64,000 nt of DNA, taken from the NCBI GenBank assembly GCA_964016885.1, contig OZ024742.1, forward strand, positions 38,998,001 through 39,062,000, given 5' to 3'. The notes under the pieces are model-generated. The model had not been told where the DNA came from. It did not search any database and saw only the letters and a program-made list of their open reading frames with translations. The translations under genes were made by a program, and so were the position numbers. This DNA is from Eledone cirrhosa (taxonomy: Eukaryota). This document shows, piece by piece, positions 47,859 through 61,400 of the stretch (position 1 is its first letter; every line of letters starts with the position of its first letter).

Positions 47859-49545
47859 CTACCTTTCTGCTTCCCAGGGTTCGGGTCGCACGACTTCCAT
47901 GGGGTCGGGGGTGTTGGGTGAAGGAGTGTCTAGTGGTGGTGTGGGGTCGTCAGTGTGTGGTGGGGTTGGGGTGTTTGGAGTTGTGTTGGGGAGGGGAAGG
48001 GGAGGGGGAAAGCTTTTTAGTAGGACGCTGTTTATGGGTTTGACAGAGGGTGGTCCTACGTCCTCCTTAAAATCCTTTTTTAGTTTTTGGTAGAGGTTCA
48101 TTGGGATCTTTATTAATTTTAAATGTGGGTAGTTTTCTGAAGAAACAAAGTTTACACCTTCGGTTTGTACCGGAGGATTATTGTTTATGAGTTCATTTAA
48201 TTTATTATTGTTTCTGTTGATGTAAGTATAGTGTAATGTCTTTTTTCGGATGGTGTGAGTGTTTCGAAGAGGGGGGGGGGGCAGGTTTGGTTTTGTTTGT
48301 TGCTGGAGGGGTGTTTTGTGTTTTGTTGGATTGTGTTGACATTTGGGTAGGGGTTGTTTGGCCTTGTGTGTTTTGCACATGTTTTCTTTTTTTCCATTTA
48401 ATCTGTCTGAAGGACTCCGTTTCTTCCTCCGAATTCGTTGGGTTATATTCAGTGTTGGAGGGAAGAGGTATGTTTGCTGGTAATGTTTCCGTGTTGGTTT
48501 TCTTTGTGGGGGAGATGGATGTCACTATGTTAGACTGTGTTGTGTGTTGTGGTTGCGGTGGTTGCGTTGTTTTATTGAGTGAGGGGTTGGGTGGGACTGT
48601 GTTTTGTTTTTGGGTAATGTGTTGTGGTGGTGGTGTAGTTTTACTGAGGGACGGGTTGGGTGGGACTGAGTTTTATTGTTTGTTTATCTGTTGTGGTGGT
48701 GGTGGAGCTGGTGTTGGTAGGAGGGTTTTCTTTTTGTTGAGTTGGGGACAAGCCGCCTTCAGGTGCCCTCTGCCTGCACAGATATGACAGGACGGCCTTC
48801 TCCCCTCCACGCTAATGTTTATATACCCGTGGCCCTCTAATAGGATTCTGTCGGGTATTTGGGCGATGCGTTCAGGCTTCATTTGCACTACAAGTTCTAT
48901 ACCTGTTCCACTGAACGCATTGCCTGTGGTTTTCCCAATGGAAATCATGTTGTCATTCGCTGGATCGATGAAGCCAGCTATGAGCCAGCAGTAGTCCACA
49001 TCTGGCATCATTGCATCCAGCCATATGTGCTGAGTTCTTTTACCCATATAAGATGGATAAAAGGTAAAATTTGTCGAACGAATCGGCGACAAAGCACATT
49101 TTTTTGCCGCCGACTCGTTCTTCATAATAATCGCTAGGCTTCCATACAGTCTGTCTCTTCTTATGAAAGTGGTTTCATTAAGTACTTCTGTAAGTACTGC
49201 TTTGATTTCTGTTTGTGTTGGTTGTTGAGGTTTTTTAGAAATATTGTTGATGGTGCGGAAAACGACCGTCCGACTTTCAATGTCTTTAGTGAGTTCTTGA
49301 GGCATTTTTACCGATAAAATACCATTTTCCCCTTGAGTTATGTATTGTTTGGCGTTTATAATTCTTTGTGCCACATCTGAAATATTTTCAGGTATATATA
49401 TCAAAGATTTCTTTGTTGTTTGTGCAAATGAAATATTATTGGTGTTGACTTTGTCGTCTGCTTTGCTTTCTGTTATGATGTTGTTTTCAAATGTTATTTT
49501 TGTGTTTGTCGTGTCTTTGTTTGTGGTATTAATATTGTCATGCAA
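47859..49545 (-). pseudogene. ORF1 (zinc knuckle), disrupted
   Basis: 48673-49545 contains CHICAGRGHLKAAC; P/T-rich pieces follow downstream. Confidence 0.75.
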
Positions 49546-49811
49546 TTTTTCAAATTTTTATTCGTTGTTGGAATCAATGTCCAGATTTGTGTTTTCGTCA
49601 TTTTTCTCCGTACATTCGTCTGTTTTTATTTTATTTTTTCTTTCCTTCTCTATGACGTTAGTTGGGAAGGAAGGGGGGGGGGACTAAAGCGTGCGAGTTT
49701 ACAACTCTTACCGCTGTCCCCCTACCACTATTTTCGTTAGCTTCGTTTAACATTTCTCTCAGACGATTGAATTTTTTATGCCACAAAATTTTTAAAAACA
49801 GGTTTTTCACC

Positions 49812-50196
49812 CCTGTGCCGTGAAGCTTTTATAGTGAGCAAAGGCACTGCACAAAGCCAGTCCCACTCTCTTAACCAAGATGATATTTACCATAAAGAAG
49901 AACAAGTCAACATCATTGGATACCATTGCAGGTGTTATATCAGAGTGCTCCTTCTCCTAGAATTCTACCTTGACAAAGGCTAAGGGGTCATCTCTCCCGG
50001 TGATTTTGGATGGCCATTGACTCTTAAGAGCTCCTTTGCCCTTTGACAGGTTTTGTTTTTAGTCCTGCAGGATGTCCAAAGTCACCCTCCTCACCAAGAA
50101 GCCTTGGTGGGGTTGCCAGTTTAGTCGCCAACGACCCGACCATGAGACAGGTTGTACTGGGATACATGTTACCAGTAGCACCAACTGGTGACCTGA
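49812..50196 (-). mobile_element. Partial ~605-bp RTE derivative
   Basis: Matches ~58022-58412. Confidence 0.85.
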
Positions 50197-50294
50197 CATA
50201 CATACATACACATATACATACATACATACATACATACATACATACATACATACATACATACATACATACATACATACAAATATACATACATACA

Positions 50295-50702
50295 TGGTGG
50301 CGGCCAACTCGTTTTCGAGTACGGCCACTACTTTATATCCATGTAGGAGAACTCCTACCGATGCACTGAACAAGTGTGACTTTTTAGTCCAGCCAGCGAT
50401 TTGAAAACTCTGGTACAAACAATACACTTGTGGCAATTATTGACATAGTGCTGGGCCCATGGTACCATGTGATGACAAGTGCAGAGAGATCTCCAGATAT
50501 AAAGCAATGCCTGTGCCGTGAAGCTTTTATAGTGAGCAAAGGCACTGCACAAAGCCAGTCCCACTCTCTTAACCAAGATGATATTTACCAAAAAGAAGAA
50601 CAAGTCAACATCATTGGATACCATCAGGGTTGCAGGTGTTATATCAGAGTTTTCCTTCTAGAATTCTGCCTTGACAAAGGCTAAGGGGTCATCACTCCCG
50701 GA
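50295..50702 (-). mobile_element. 5'-truncated ~605-bp RTE derivative
   Basis: Matches ~57807-58215; (ATGT)n tail. Confidence 0.85.
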
Positions 50703-50734
50703 TATATATATACATACATACATACATACATACA

Positions 50735-50780
<46 letters not shown>

Positions 50781-50797
50781 CATACGTATATATATAT

Positions 50798-51407
50798 ATG
50801 GTGGCTGCCAACTCGTTTTCGAGTACGGCCACTACTTTATATCCATCTAGGAGAACTCCTACCGATGCGCTGAACGAGCGTGACTTTTTAGTCCAGCCAG
50901 CGACTTGAAAACTCTGGTACAAACACTACACTTGTGACAATTATTGACATATAGTGCTGGGCCCATGGTACCATGTGATGACAAGTGCAGAGAGATCTCC
51001 AGATATAAAGCAATGCCTGTGCCGTGAAGCTTTTATAGTGAGCAAAAGCACTGCACAAAGCCAGTCCCACTCTCTTAACCAAGATGATATTTACCAAAAA
51101 GAAGAACAAATCAACATCATTGGATACCATCAGGGTTGCAGGTGTTATATCAGAGTTTTCCTTCTCCTAGAATTCTGCCTTGACAAAGGCTAAGGGGTCA
51201 TCTCTCCCGGTGATTTTGGATGGCCATTGACTCTTAAGAGCTCCTTTGCCCTTTGACAGGTTTTGTTTTTAGTCCTGCAGGATGTCCAAAGTCACCCGCC
51301 TCACCAAGAAACCTTGGTGGGGTTGCCAGTTTAGTCGCCAATGACCCGACCATGAGACAGGTTGTACTGGGATACATGTTACCAGTAGCACCAACTGGTG
51401 ACCTGAC
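50798..51407 (-). mobile_element. Full-length ~605-bp RTE derivative
   Basis: Near-identical to 57807-58412. Confidence 0.9.
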
Positions 51408-51465
51408 ATACATACATACATACATACATACATACATACATACATACATACATACATACATACAT

Positions 51466-51510
51466 GATGCCCCCTCGTTATCGAGTATGGCCATTGCACG
51501 AGGAGAAAGA
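51466..51510 (-). mobile_element. RTE-like 3' terminal stem-loop
   Basis: tggccatactcgataacgagggggcatc followed by (ATGT)n; compare tggccgtactcgaaaacgagttggcagcc of the derivative. Confidence 0.5.
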
Positions 51511-51536
51511 AAAAAAAGAAAAAAGAAAAAAAAGAA

Positions 51537-51567
<31 letters not shown>

Positions 51568-51602
<35 letters not shown>

Positions 51603-51737
51603 TCACACACACATATACACACCCACATACATTAATAACAATAATAATAATAATAATAACAACAATAATAATAACGACAACAACAATAATAATATACATA
51701 TACATATATATATACATACACACGCACACACATAAGC

Positions 51738-51770
<33 letters not shown>

Positions 51771-51913
51771 TACTCACACACACATATACACACACACATA
51801 CATTAATAACAATAATAATAATAATAATAATAACAACAATAATAATAACGACAACAACAATAATAATATACATATACATATATATATATACACACACACG
51901 CACACACATAAGC

Positions 51914-51943
<30 letters not shown>
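51568..51943. repeat. Tandem duplication (~175 bp) of a compound (CA)n/(AAT)n block
   Basis: attaataacaat at 51631 and 51802; cataagcatatctac at 51731 and 51907. Confidence 0.85.
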
Positions 51944-51944
<1 letters not shown>

Positions 51945-51955
51945 AACGATAGCAA

Positions 51956-54900
51956 CTAACAGCGCTGCGATCGAATGTGGCTTTTTAGCCCAGCCAATGA
52001 TCTAAAATGTCTTGCACAGAGTCGGCAACCAAAACATTCACTGGGAATAGTCGGCTGTGGTTGGAGTTCGTGTATTTTTGCATGTTGCTTGAGCCCTCCT
52101 GCTGATTTACATTCTCTACCACATGTTTGGCAACATGATGAGTAGCATCTCCACCAGCAGCCTGGTAGTCAACCACTGGTCTTACTTTATGACTGCGAAG
52201 ATGACTTTTGAGTCCAGCTTTGCTTAGGCAGAGTCTCGCACAGACGCTGCATGTCAGCACCATAGGAGGACCCTCGCCGTCTGGAAGTGTAACAGCAATG
52301 CCCTTCCTCACATCTCGCTTTACTTTCTCGTATGCGATTCGAGATGCCTCAAAGGCAACTTTTCCCTCATATACAGTCTTTCTCCATTTATTACGATCAG
52401 CAGCAATATTCTCCCATGTATCAGCAGAGATGTTAGCGTCTTTCAGAGAGGCTTTCAAGGAATCCTTATACCTCTTTTTTGGTTTATGTGGCGGTCGTTT
52501 TCCTTTAACCAACTCTCCATAAAAGAGTTGTTTTGGTATTCTAGAGTCCTTCATCCTGGCAAGGTGACCACTCCAACGGAGTCGTTGCTTAAGCACAAGA
52601 GCTTTTATACTGTCACACATAGAGCTTTCCAAAATCTCGACATCACTGATGTGGTCCCTCCAGTGAACGCCATGGATCCGTCTGAGACACATCTGATGGA
52701 AACGCTCCAATTGCTTAAGGTGGTGTCGATATGTGACCCAGGTCTCGCAGGCATAAAGAAGACAAGAGAGCACACATGCCCTGTACACCTCTACCTTTGT
52801 CCACCTGCATATGTCTCGCCGACCCCAGAGTCGCCTTTCTAGCTTTCCGAAAGCATAACTTGCTTTCCTAATCCTAAGTGAGATTTCACTGTCAAGGTTG
52901 CTGTATCGATTGACAGTGCTTCCCAGGTAGACAAACTGATCAACCACTCCAAGTCGTTTGCCATACACATAGATGTTTGGTTCAGTGTACTGCTTACCAG
53001 GGGCAGGTTGGTACATGACGACGGTTTTCTTGAGACTGACAGTCAGACCTAGGGCAGTGCAAGCGTCAGAAAATGCATTCAAAATGTGCTGCATATCACT
53101 CTCTGTGTGCGCTACAAGATCGCAATCATCTGCATACAAGAGGTCTCTTATGATTGATGTAAATACTTTTGTCTTCGCAGCAAAGCGCCTGATGTTAAAT
53201 ATGCTGCCTGAGGTTCGATATCGGATGTAAACACCATGCTCGCAATTCCTGAATGCAATACAGAAAACCATTGCAAGGTATATGGCAAACAGGGTCGGTG
53301 CTGGAATATCCCCCTGTTTCACTCCATTTTTTACTGAGATAGGTTCCGACATGTTACCCCCGACATTAACCCAAGCCTTCATGTCGTCATGGAAAGACCT
53401 AACTAAAGCAAGGAACTTATCAGGGCAACCAAGTTTCTGGAGAACCTTCCATAATGCATCTCTGTTAACAGTATCGAAAGCTTTTGTCAGATCGACAAAA
53501 ACCTGATACAGATCCAAGCCTTGTTCCATGCACTTCTCCTGGAGCTGTCTAGCTGAGAAGATCATATCAGTAGTGCCGCGTCCAGCACGAAAACCAGATT
53601 GACTTTCAGGAAGAACACAATCTGCAATGTGTGTCAGCAGACGGTCCAGAAGCACCCTACATAAAACTTTCCCTACGACAGAAAGCAATGATATACCTCT
53701 GTAGTTCCCACAATCGTTCCTGTTACCCTTTCCCTTGTACAAAACCACCATTACTGCATCTCTCCAGTCCGCAGGTACGGATTCATTAGCCCATATCCTG
53801 CCAAACAAAGAGTGAAGATGTTGCAGGAGTCTCTCACCACCATATTGTAGGAGCTCAGCATGTATGCCATCCATACCTGGAGATCTTCCACTGTTCAGCT
53901 TCGAAATAGCCACTGCAACCTCCACAAGCGTCGGAGGTTCTGCGAGAGCTACTTTCACAGGACTTTCTGGAATGAGATTGAGGAAATCTTCACTGACGAC
54001 AGACGGCTGATTCAAAAGATCATCAAAGTGCTTTCACCACCTTCGTAGAATTCCTTGTGAGTCACGAAGAAGTTCTTTGCCATCCTTGCTGCGAAGCGGT
54101 GTCACCAGAGAAGAAGACGGCCCATAAACCTCACGCAAGAGACTGTACAACAGCTTTGTGTTATTGGAATCAGACGCAGTTTGTATCTCACCAGCCTTCT
54201 CACTCCACCACTGATCCTTCATCTGAGAAAGACTCCGCCTAACACGTGATTTTACATCCCTGAGTTCCTCATGCAACGTATTCCTCTCCTGTGGTTTTGC
54301 CGTCAAGTAGCGTGACAGAGCACGCCTCTTATCAGCCAACAAGTCTTCTATATGTACATCATTCTCATTAAACCAGTCCTGATGTTTCCTCTGCGCCAAT
54401 CCCAGAACACGCCTGCCTACATCATAAACCGACTTTTTAAGGGTCGGCCAATCCTCACCAAGATCTGCAGCCTGCATCTCTTCTTCCAATGTCCTCTTCA
54501 CATTTTTATCCTTAAGACGAGCAGCATTCAATCTTTTGGGCAGGGCAACACCAGGAGCCCGGATTTTACGTTTAGTGATTAGTTTCACTTTTGCGCGTAC
54601 CAGTCGGTGGTCCGTCCAGCCCACAGCTCCACGAAGAACACGAACACACTGCACATCCTGTCTGTCACGCATCCTGACTAGGACATAGTCCAAAAGATGC
54701 CATTCCTTAGATGCAGGATGCATCCATGTGGTCTTGAATTTGTTCTTTTGTTGGAACATGGTGTTGGTAACACACAGATCCAGCTCCTCACACATCTGCA
54801 GCAGGAGCATACCATTGCTGTTACACTTTCCCACCCCATGCCTTCTGATTACATTCCATGTGTTAAAATCCCTACCCACTCTAGCATTAAAGTCACCAAG

Positions 54901-55500
54901 CACGATGAATTTGTCTCCCTGAGGGATATTTCTTAAAACACCTTTCAAGGCATGGTAAAAGTACACCTTTTCCTCATCGACAGAACTCATAGTTGGAGCA
55001 TACACACTCACCAGGGTAGCATATCTTCCCTTGTCCAGCGGAACTCTCATGGACATAAGACGCTCACTAATCCCTACTGGAAATTCTTCTAATTTGTTCA
55101 CAAGTACAGTCTTAACAGCAAATCCTACCCCAGCCTCTCTTCTAGTTCCTTCATCTCTTCCTTTCCAGAAGAATGTATATTCTCCACAAAATTCCGTAAG
55201 ATGACCATCTCCAGCTAACCTCGTCTCAGATAAAGCCACGATGTCAAGATCGTAACGTCGAAGCTCCTTTACAACAAGAGCGGTCCTTCGTTCAGGACGC
55301 TCCAAGGAATCGCTGTCAAGCAGCGTCCGTTCGTTCCAGCAGCCAAGACTAAATGCCTTGCTTGGCTCTATTACAATGGCACGATGACGAGCAGGCCCAG
55401 GCTGTGATAACCTGGGGCCCCTGCCCTTATTGCCAATGATCTTTTTTGTTCCAGAACCTAAATTGCCAATTATCTCTTTTATATTGTTCTGGAACATCAT
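51956..55500 (-). pseudogene. RTE-clade ORF (APE + RT + C-terminal C2H2-like fingers), frameshifted
   Basis: WNERTLLDS..ERRTALV..ALSETR, GDFNARVG, GFRAGRGTTDMIF, FVDLTKAFDTV, LLYADD, CSVC..SHLRSH; frameshifts near 54030 and 52140. Confidence 0.92.
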
Positions 55501-55502
55501 TG

Positions 55503-55578
<76 letters not shown>

Positions 55579-55604
55579 GTACACTATTAATAATTATTAA
55601 TGCA

Positions 55605-55885
55605 CTCGTGCAATGCCTGTGCGTGACGAATATTTTTAAAGTGAGGAAAGACTGTGCACTGAGCCAATCCCACTCTCTGAGCGACAGTAGCTGTAACCCG
55701 AAAAGAAGAAAAGATCAACATCATCGGTAACTACTGAGTCGCAGGTTTTATGTCGGAGTTAACCCAGTTTCCCGAGTTGCCTTCTCCTAGAAGAATGCCC
55801 TGACAAGGGCTAGGGGTTCTTCACTCCCAGTGGTTTAACTGCGCGATCGGGCATCCAGCCCGATTATTTCTGTCCCCGCGCGCAA
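55605..55885 (-). mobile_element. Probable 5' UTR of the RTE element
   Basis: Lies just upstream of the ORF on the same strand; carries a ctaggagaaggcaactc motif of the RTE 5'-UTR type. Confidence 0.6.
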
Positions 55886-56019
55886 AAAAAAAAAAAAAAA
55901 TCACTTATTGACACTTATACGTACGACATACACACACGCGCATACATATGCGCGCACACAGCAACACTCATACATACAAACAAACACACACACGCTACTC
56001 TACTCACTTACACACACAT

Positions 56020-56099
<80 letters not shown>

Positions 56100-56208
56100 C
56101 CGTCATTACTGATACAAGATTACAAGATTATGTCAACTGTTGACTTTCAAGAGTTTGTATAGTTGAAGCCGATCGTATTACAGTCCAGTATTATTATAAT
56201 TGCTTTAC

Positions 56209-56350
56209 AGCATAGAGTTATGGCTCTCCACGCTCTGAGCTTAAATCCCGCCGAGGTCAACCTTGCCTTTCATCCCCACGGAGTCAACAAAAGAGAGTAC
56301 CAGTGATGCGCTGGGCCAGTCGCTGGATCCGTGCCAAAAGCAGAAAAATT
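56209..56350 (+). mobile_element. Nin/Deu-like SINE fragment
   Basis: aaatcccgccgaggtcaaccttgcctttcatcc...gtaccagt. Confidence 0.7.
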
Positions 56351-57092
56351 ATTATTAAAGTTGTGTTCTTAAGGCCCGGTCGCTGGTGATGGTGATGGCG
56401 GCGGCGGTAGTGGTGGTGGTGCTGGCAGTTGATGTTGTTGTTGTGTTGTGTGCGTGTGTGTGTGTGTTTTGTTATTTTGAGTTTTTTTTGTTTTTTTTTA
56501 TCTTTTGATGCCGCTGTTGTTGTTGTTGTAAATGTTCATTTCAGCTCATTCTGAAGCTGTTGTTGCTGTAAACATTAGTGCCGGTGTTGTTGTTGTAGAT
56601 GTTGGGGTTGAAATCTGGTCGTTTGACTGAGAGAGAGTTTGACAACAGGTCGATGACTTTAGTCTAGATAGGGTAATGACATGTGATGGTGGGGAGAGAG
56701 TGTAGACGTTATTGTGGTGGCGGGGGACAGTGCGATGTATCTAGTTCATTTGACCGTTTTCTTCTCTTTGCAAAATTTGAATTTTAGCCATGTTATATTG
56801 AGATGTAAGTAAATGTAAAATGTAAAATATAAATAAGGATTGCTCTGCTAAAATATATTAAAATATTTGTGTAACTTCCACAAACTTCTGTCGTGATATT
56901 CCCGAGTCCAGTGACCAACAAATTGTTGTATTTTGATGTTTCAGAATACAAAAATTAATTAAAAACTTACCCTACGAAAAGACAGCGTGTGTTGTCCTAT
57001 CTATAAGCTCCCTCATACATACATACATACATACATACATACATACATACATACATACATACATACATACATACATACATACATACATACAT

Positions 57093-57567
57093 AGGAGAAC
57101 ACAAAGGAGAATGTTTATGCAGAACTGATGAGAAATCTGCAGATACTCCACCCTCATTACACCTTCAGATTTATGCCTGTGATTATTGGGGCACTGGGGT
57201 ATGTTAGTAACTGCCTCAATACAAATCTTGAGAAGCTAGGCTTCACAGGAACAGAAAGAACACAACTAGTTAGGAAATTACAAGTACAATCCATTAATGG
57301 ACCAGTAAAAATATGTAAAACATTCCCAAAATTCTGCATCTAATAACTACATATACACATGTACAGATACAAAGCATATATACATGCACACATACAACTC
57401 AAAATATACACATCCACACATACAATAACATCCATATCTACACATGCATGCATACATAATCTACCTAGTTGATGTTGTGTAAATTCCAATGAGAGAGTCT
57501 TGTGTCTATGTTAGAACTCAACTCTCTCTCTATTGGCAATAATTTGTGAAATTATAAAACCAGAAGA
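57093..57567 (+). mobile_element. 5'-truncated 3' end of an R4/Dong-like element in (ACAT)n
   Basis: LMRNLQILHPHYTFRFMPVIIGALGY...KICKTF aligns with the C-terminus of 61812-62570; (ACAT)n on both sides. Confidence 0.8.
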
Positions 57568-57806
57568 ACATACATACATACATACATACATACAAACATA
57601 CATACATACGTACATACATACATACATACATACATACATACATACATACATACATACATACATACATACATGCATGCATGCATACATACAAACATACATA
57701 CATACATACATACATACATACAAACGTACATACATACATACATAGATACATAGATACATACATACATACATACATACATACATACATACATACATACATA
57801 CATACA

Positions 57807-58412
57807 TGGTGGCTGCCAACTCGTTTTCGAGTACGGCCACTACTTTATATCCATGTAGGAGAACTCCTACCGATGCGCTGAACGAATGTAACTTTAGTCC
57901 TGCCAGCGACTTGAAAACTCTGGTACAAACACTACACCTGTGACAATTATTGACACATAGTGCTAGGCCCATGGTACCATGTGACGACAAGTGCATAGAG
58001 ATCTCCAGATACAAAGCAATGCCTGTGCCGTGAAGCTTTTATAGTGAGCAAAGGCACTGCACAAAGCCAGTCCCACTCTCTTAACCAAGATGATATTTAC
58101 CAAAAAGAAGAACAAGTCAACATCATTGGATACCATCAGGGTTGCAGGTGTTATATCAGAGTTTTCCTTCTTCTAGAATTCTGCCTTGACAAAGGCTAAG
58201 GGGTCATCTCTCCCAGTGATTTTGGATGGCCATTGACTCTTAAGAGCTCCTTTGCTCTTTGACAGGTTTTGTTTTTAGTCCTGCAGGATGTCAAAAGTCA
58301 CCCTCCTCACCAAGAAACCTTGGTGGGGTTGCCAGTTTAGTCGCCAACGACCCGACCATGAGACAGGTTGTACTGGGATACATGTTACCAGTAGCACCAA
58401 CTGGTGACCTGA
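57807..58412 (-). mobile_element. Full-length ~605-bp non-autonomous RTE derivative
   Basis: RTE 5'-UTR-like part, C2H2-coding remnant and 3' stem-loop; (ACAT)n on both sides. Confidence 0.85.
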
Positions 58413-58452
58413 CATACATACATACATACATACATACATACATACATACATA

Positions 58453-61400
58453 AATGGCGACCGTTGTGGTCAGTGTCCGATAATCGGACGTGTGTAATTA
58501 CGGCTTACATGAAGGCAACATACCATATATTGGAAAAAGTTGAGCTACATTACGCGGTAAGATTACATACAATAATTCTACATAAGTGTTTGAACTGTAA
58601 GTGTGTTGTAAAACACCTATTTATATGAACGATAAATTTATATGAACATATAAATGCAACGTTGTTATATTACATTTATAAAGAAATATACAAGTAACGT
58701 TTTCGATTCAGAAACAAAAATATAAGTGTTTGAACTGTGAATATGTTGTGAATAGGTTGTAGAACACCTATTTATATGAATGATACATAAACTTTAACAT
58801 ATAAATACAGCGTTGTTATATTATATTACATTCATAAAGGAACATACTAAGTAACGGTTCTTTTTGTTCTCGATTCAAACGATTCAAGAACAACGTTTAA
58901 AACACAGTTGTAGAATTAAAAACTAACTGAAAAGAAATATTACCCAAGCTGTGAATAACTTTAAATTTGATTCTGACAGAACTTTGTCGTAACTTTTAAA
59001 GAAGATCATCGACTATTTTGAAAAATAAATACGAAATATTAGTGAATAGACGAACTCATCATGGCAAAACGTACAAGTCTCCTTCGACCAAATCGCAACT
59101 ACAACCGTTGTACACAGTGGAGCTACGAGCTTAACAAAGTATTATATGAAGCATACAAACAATCTGAACCCCAAAAGTTCGGTTTTATGCAAAGGCTAAA
59201 AACTTTATGGAACTCCAAACACCCAGAATTAGACTTTTCTCCAAAGCATCTAAATGAACAGGCGAAACGTATCATTAGATGTAAATTGATACATCTAACG
59301 GAATTGAGTGATACTACAAATACAGCCCTTGTAGACAACCACCCCACCTCCACTGACAGACAAAGAGAATGGCCAGCTAAATCTAACAGTGAACAGCTCA
59401 CCAACAATTTTGCTGAAATCCATCTCACTTCAACTGAAGAACAGCGAGAAAGGTCAGCTGACTCTAGTAGTAATTGTCACCACATCAACAACGAGGCTGA
59501 AATTCATGACTCTACTGAACAAATAGAGCACCAAAAACTTGTGGGCACCCTACAAGTGATATGGAACGATATGTTTCAAGAGATACACAGCCTTAATGTG
59601 AGTGACAGACCATACAACACTAGAGTCAGTAAAGAACCCACTAAATTGGAATTGGAAGCGGTGAACGAAATAGCTGGCAATTATCTGAAGGCTATACGAT
59701 CTAAAGGTGTAGAAACGACATTTGAAACGCTTAATGTTTTGTTATATGTTTCAGCTGTCACATTGCTATCATATAACACACATCTAAAACCACGCAATCA
59801 AGATACAAACAGAAAGCCTGAACCAGCGTGGATGCGAAATTTAAAAACCAAAACTTTGTCCCTGAGACGAAGTATCTCACACATCGCAGTCGTTATGAAA
59901 TGCAACATAGAGAGCAACTTCACACGACACCAGAAAGACCTAAAGAAAAAGTTAGAGAGACGATTTGGAGATACAAAATTTAAAACTTTGAACTCCGAAT
60001 TACACCAGTTGAAACAACAACTCACAGCTACAACAGAAAGACTAAAATATAAGTTAACAGCACATAAACGACAAGTGCTAAATAGATTGTTTGCCAGAGA
60101 TCCTAAATCAGTTTATCGCAGCTTAGGTGGCAAAAGCTCAATCCCTGTAAATGACACCCCTTCAAAAGAACAGGTTGAGAGCTACTGGAGATCTGTATGG
60201 GAAACGGATGACGGATTCAACAGACAAGCTAATTGGCTAAAAGAACTGGAACAGGACTACTGCCAACATGTCCAGACAAAACAATATGACATTGATGGGT
60301 CAATACTGGAAACAGCTCTACAGAAAATGTCGAATAGGAAATCGCCAGGCCCAGACCTCATTACAGGATACTGGTTGAAGAATTTCACTTTCTATCGGCA
60401 AGATCTCATACGGCTGTTTACAGAAACCATTAAGGGCACACAAGAACTGCCCAGATGGTTATCAACTGCCACTACTCTCCTCATTCCCCAAAATAGCCAA
60501 ACCACCCTTGCTAAAAATTACCGCCCAATTGCCTGCCAAAACATCATGTATAAATTATATACTGGGTGCCTTAACCTGTTCTTACAGGATCACTGTGCTA
60601 CCAACAACATCATAACACCTGAGCAAGCTGGTGGAAAGAGGGGGTGTGGGGTTGCATAGATCACCTACTAACTAACAAAATGATTCAGGAAAAAACAACA
60701 AAGAATCGCAGAAACATGACTGTCGTGTGGCTGGACTATCAAAAAGCATTTGATAGTGTACCTCATGGGTGGATTATTAAGGCTTTACAGTTAGCTAAAG
60801 TCCCACAACCATTGGTAGTTGCTGTTGAACGCCTGACCAAGAACTGGTACACCAATTTGATCCTTAGAGGTGAGAAGGAGCAGGTTAAGACTGATAAGAT
60901 ACATTACCAGAAGGGCATCTTTCAGGGTGATAGCTTGTCAGTGCTACTCTTCGTTCTCTCACTGAATCCACTATCTTACCTACTCAGGAAACAAGGTGGA
61001 CAAAGAAGTGGGCCCAGAAGTATCTCCCATCTTTTCTTTGTTGATGACCTGAAGTTGTATGGGCCAAATATCAATGACATCAAGAAACAATTGGACCTCA
61101 TTACACAATTTTCAACCGACATCAAAATGAAATTTGGTGAGTCCAAGTGTGCATATTTGGCAGTAAAACGTGGAAGAGCTGTGCCCTCCTCTAGAAATCT
61201 AGAGATGAACGGCCTGACAATACAACCTCTGCAGTCAGGTGACAACTACAGATATCTTGGACAGGATGAGAATGTCAGATATGATGGACCCATAAATAAG
61301 GAGAGAACCAGAACTGAATACCTCAGAAGAGTAAAGAAAATATGGTCATCAGAACTGTCAGCATACAACAAATACATTGCCCACAATACTTATGCTGTGT

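Larger units (their letters stand above)
44178..49811 (-). mobile_element. Second L1/Tx1-like non-LTR retrotransposon, related but distinct family, frameshifted
   Basis: ORF1 plus APE-RT-CCHC ORF2, colinear with the 393-6277 element. Confidence 0.9.

Noticed and set aside
55501-55584. Poly-Tyr/Phe N-terminus of the RTE ORF
   Set aside because: Read-through of (TAT)n and poly-T; the likely start is the ATG at 55500.
58320-58412. HDV-like ribozyme at the 5' end of the RTE derivative
   Set aside because: Structured (gtcg/cgac, ccagt/actgg), but I could not build a valid P1/P3/L3 pseudoknot.
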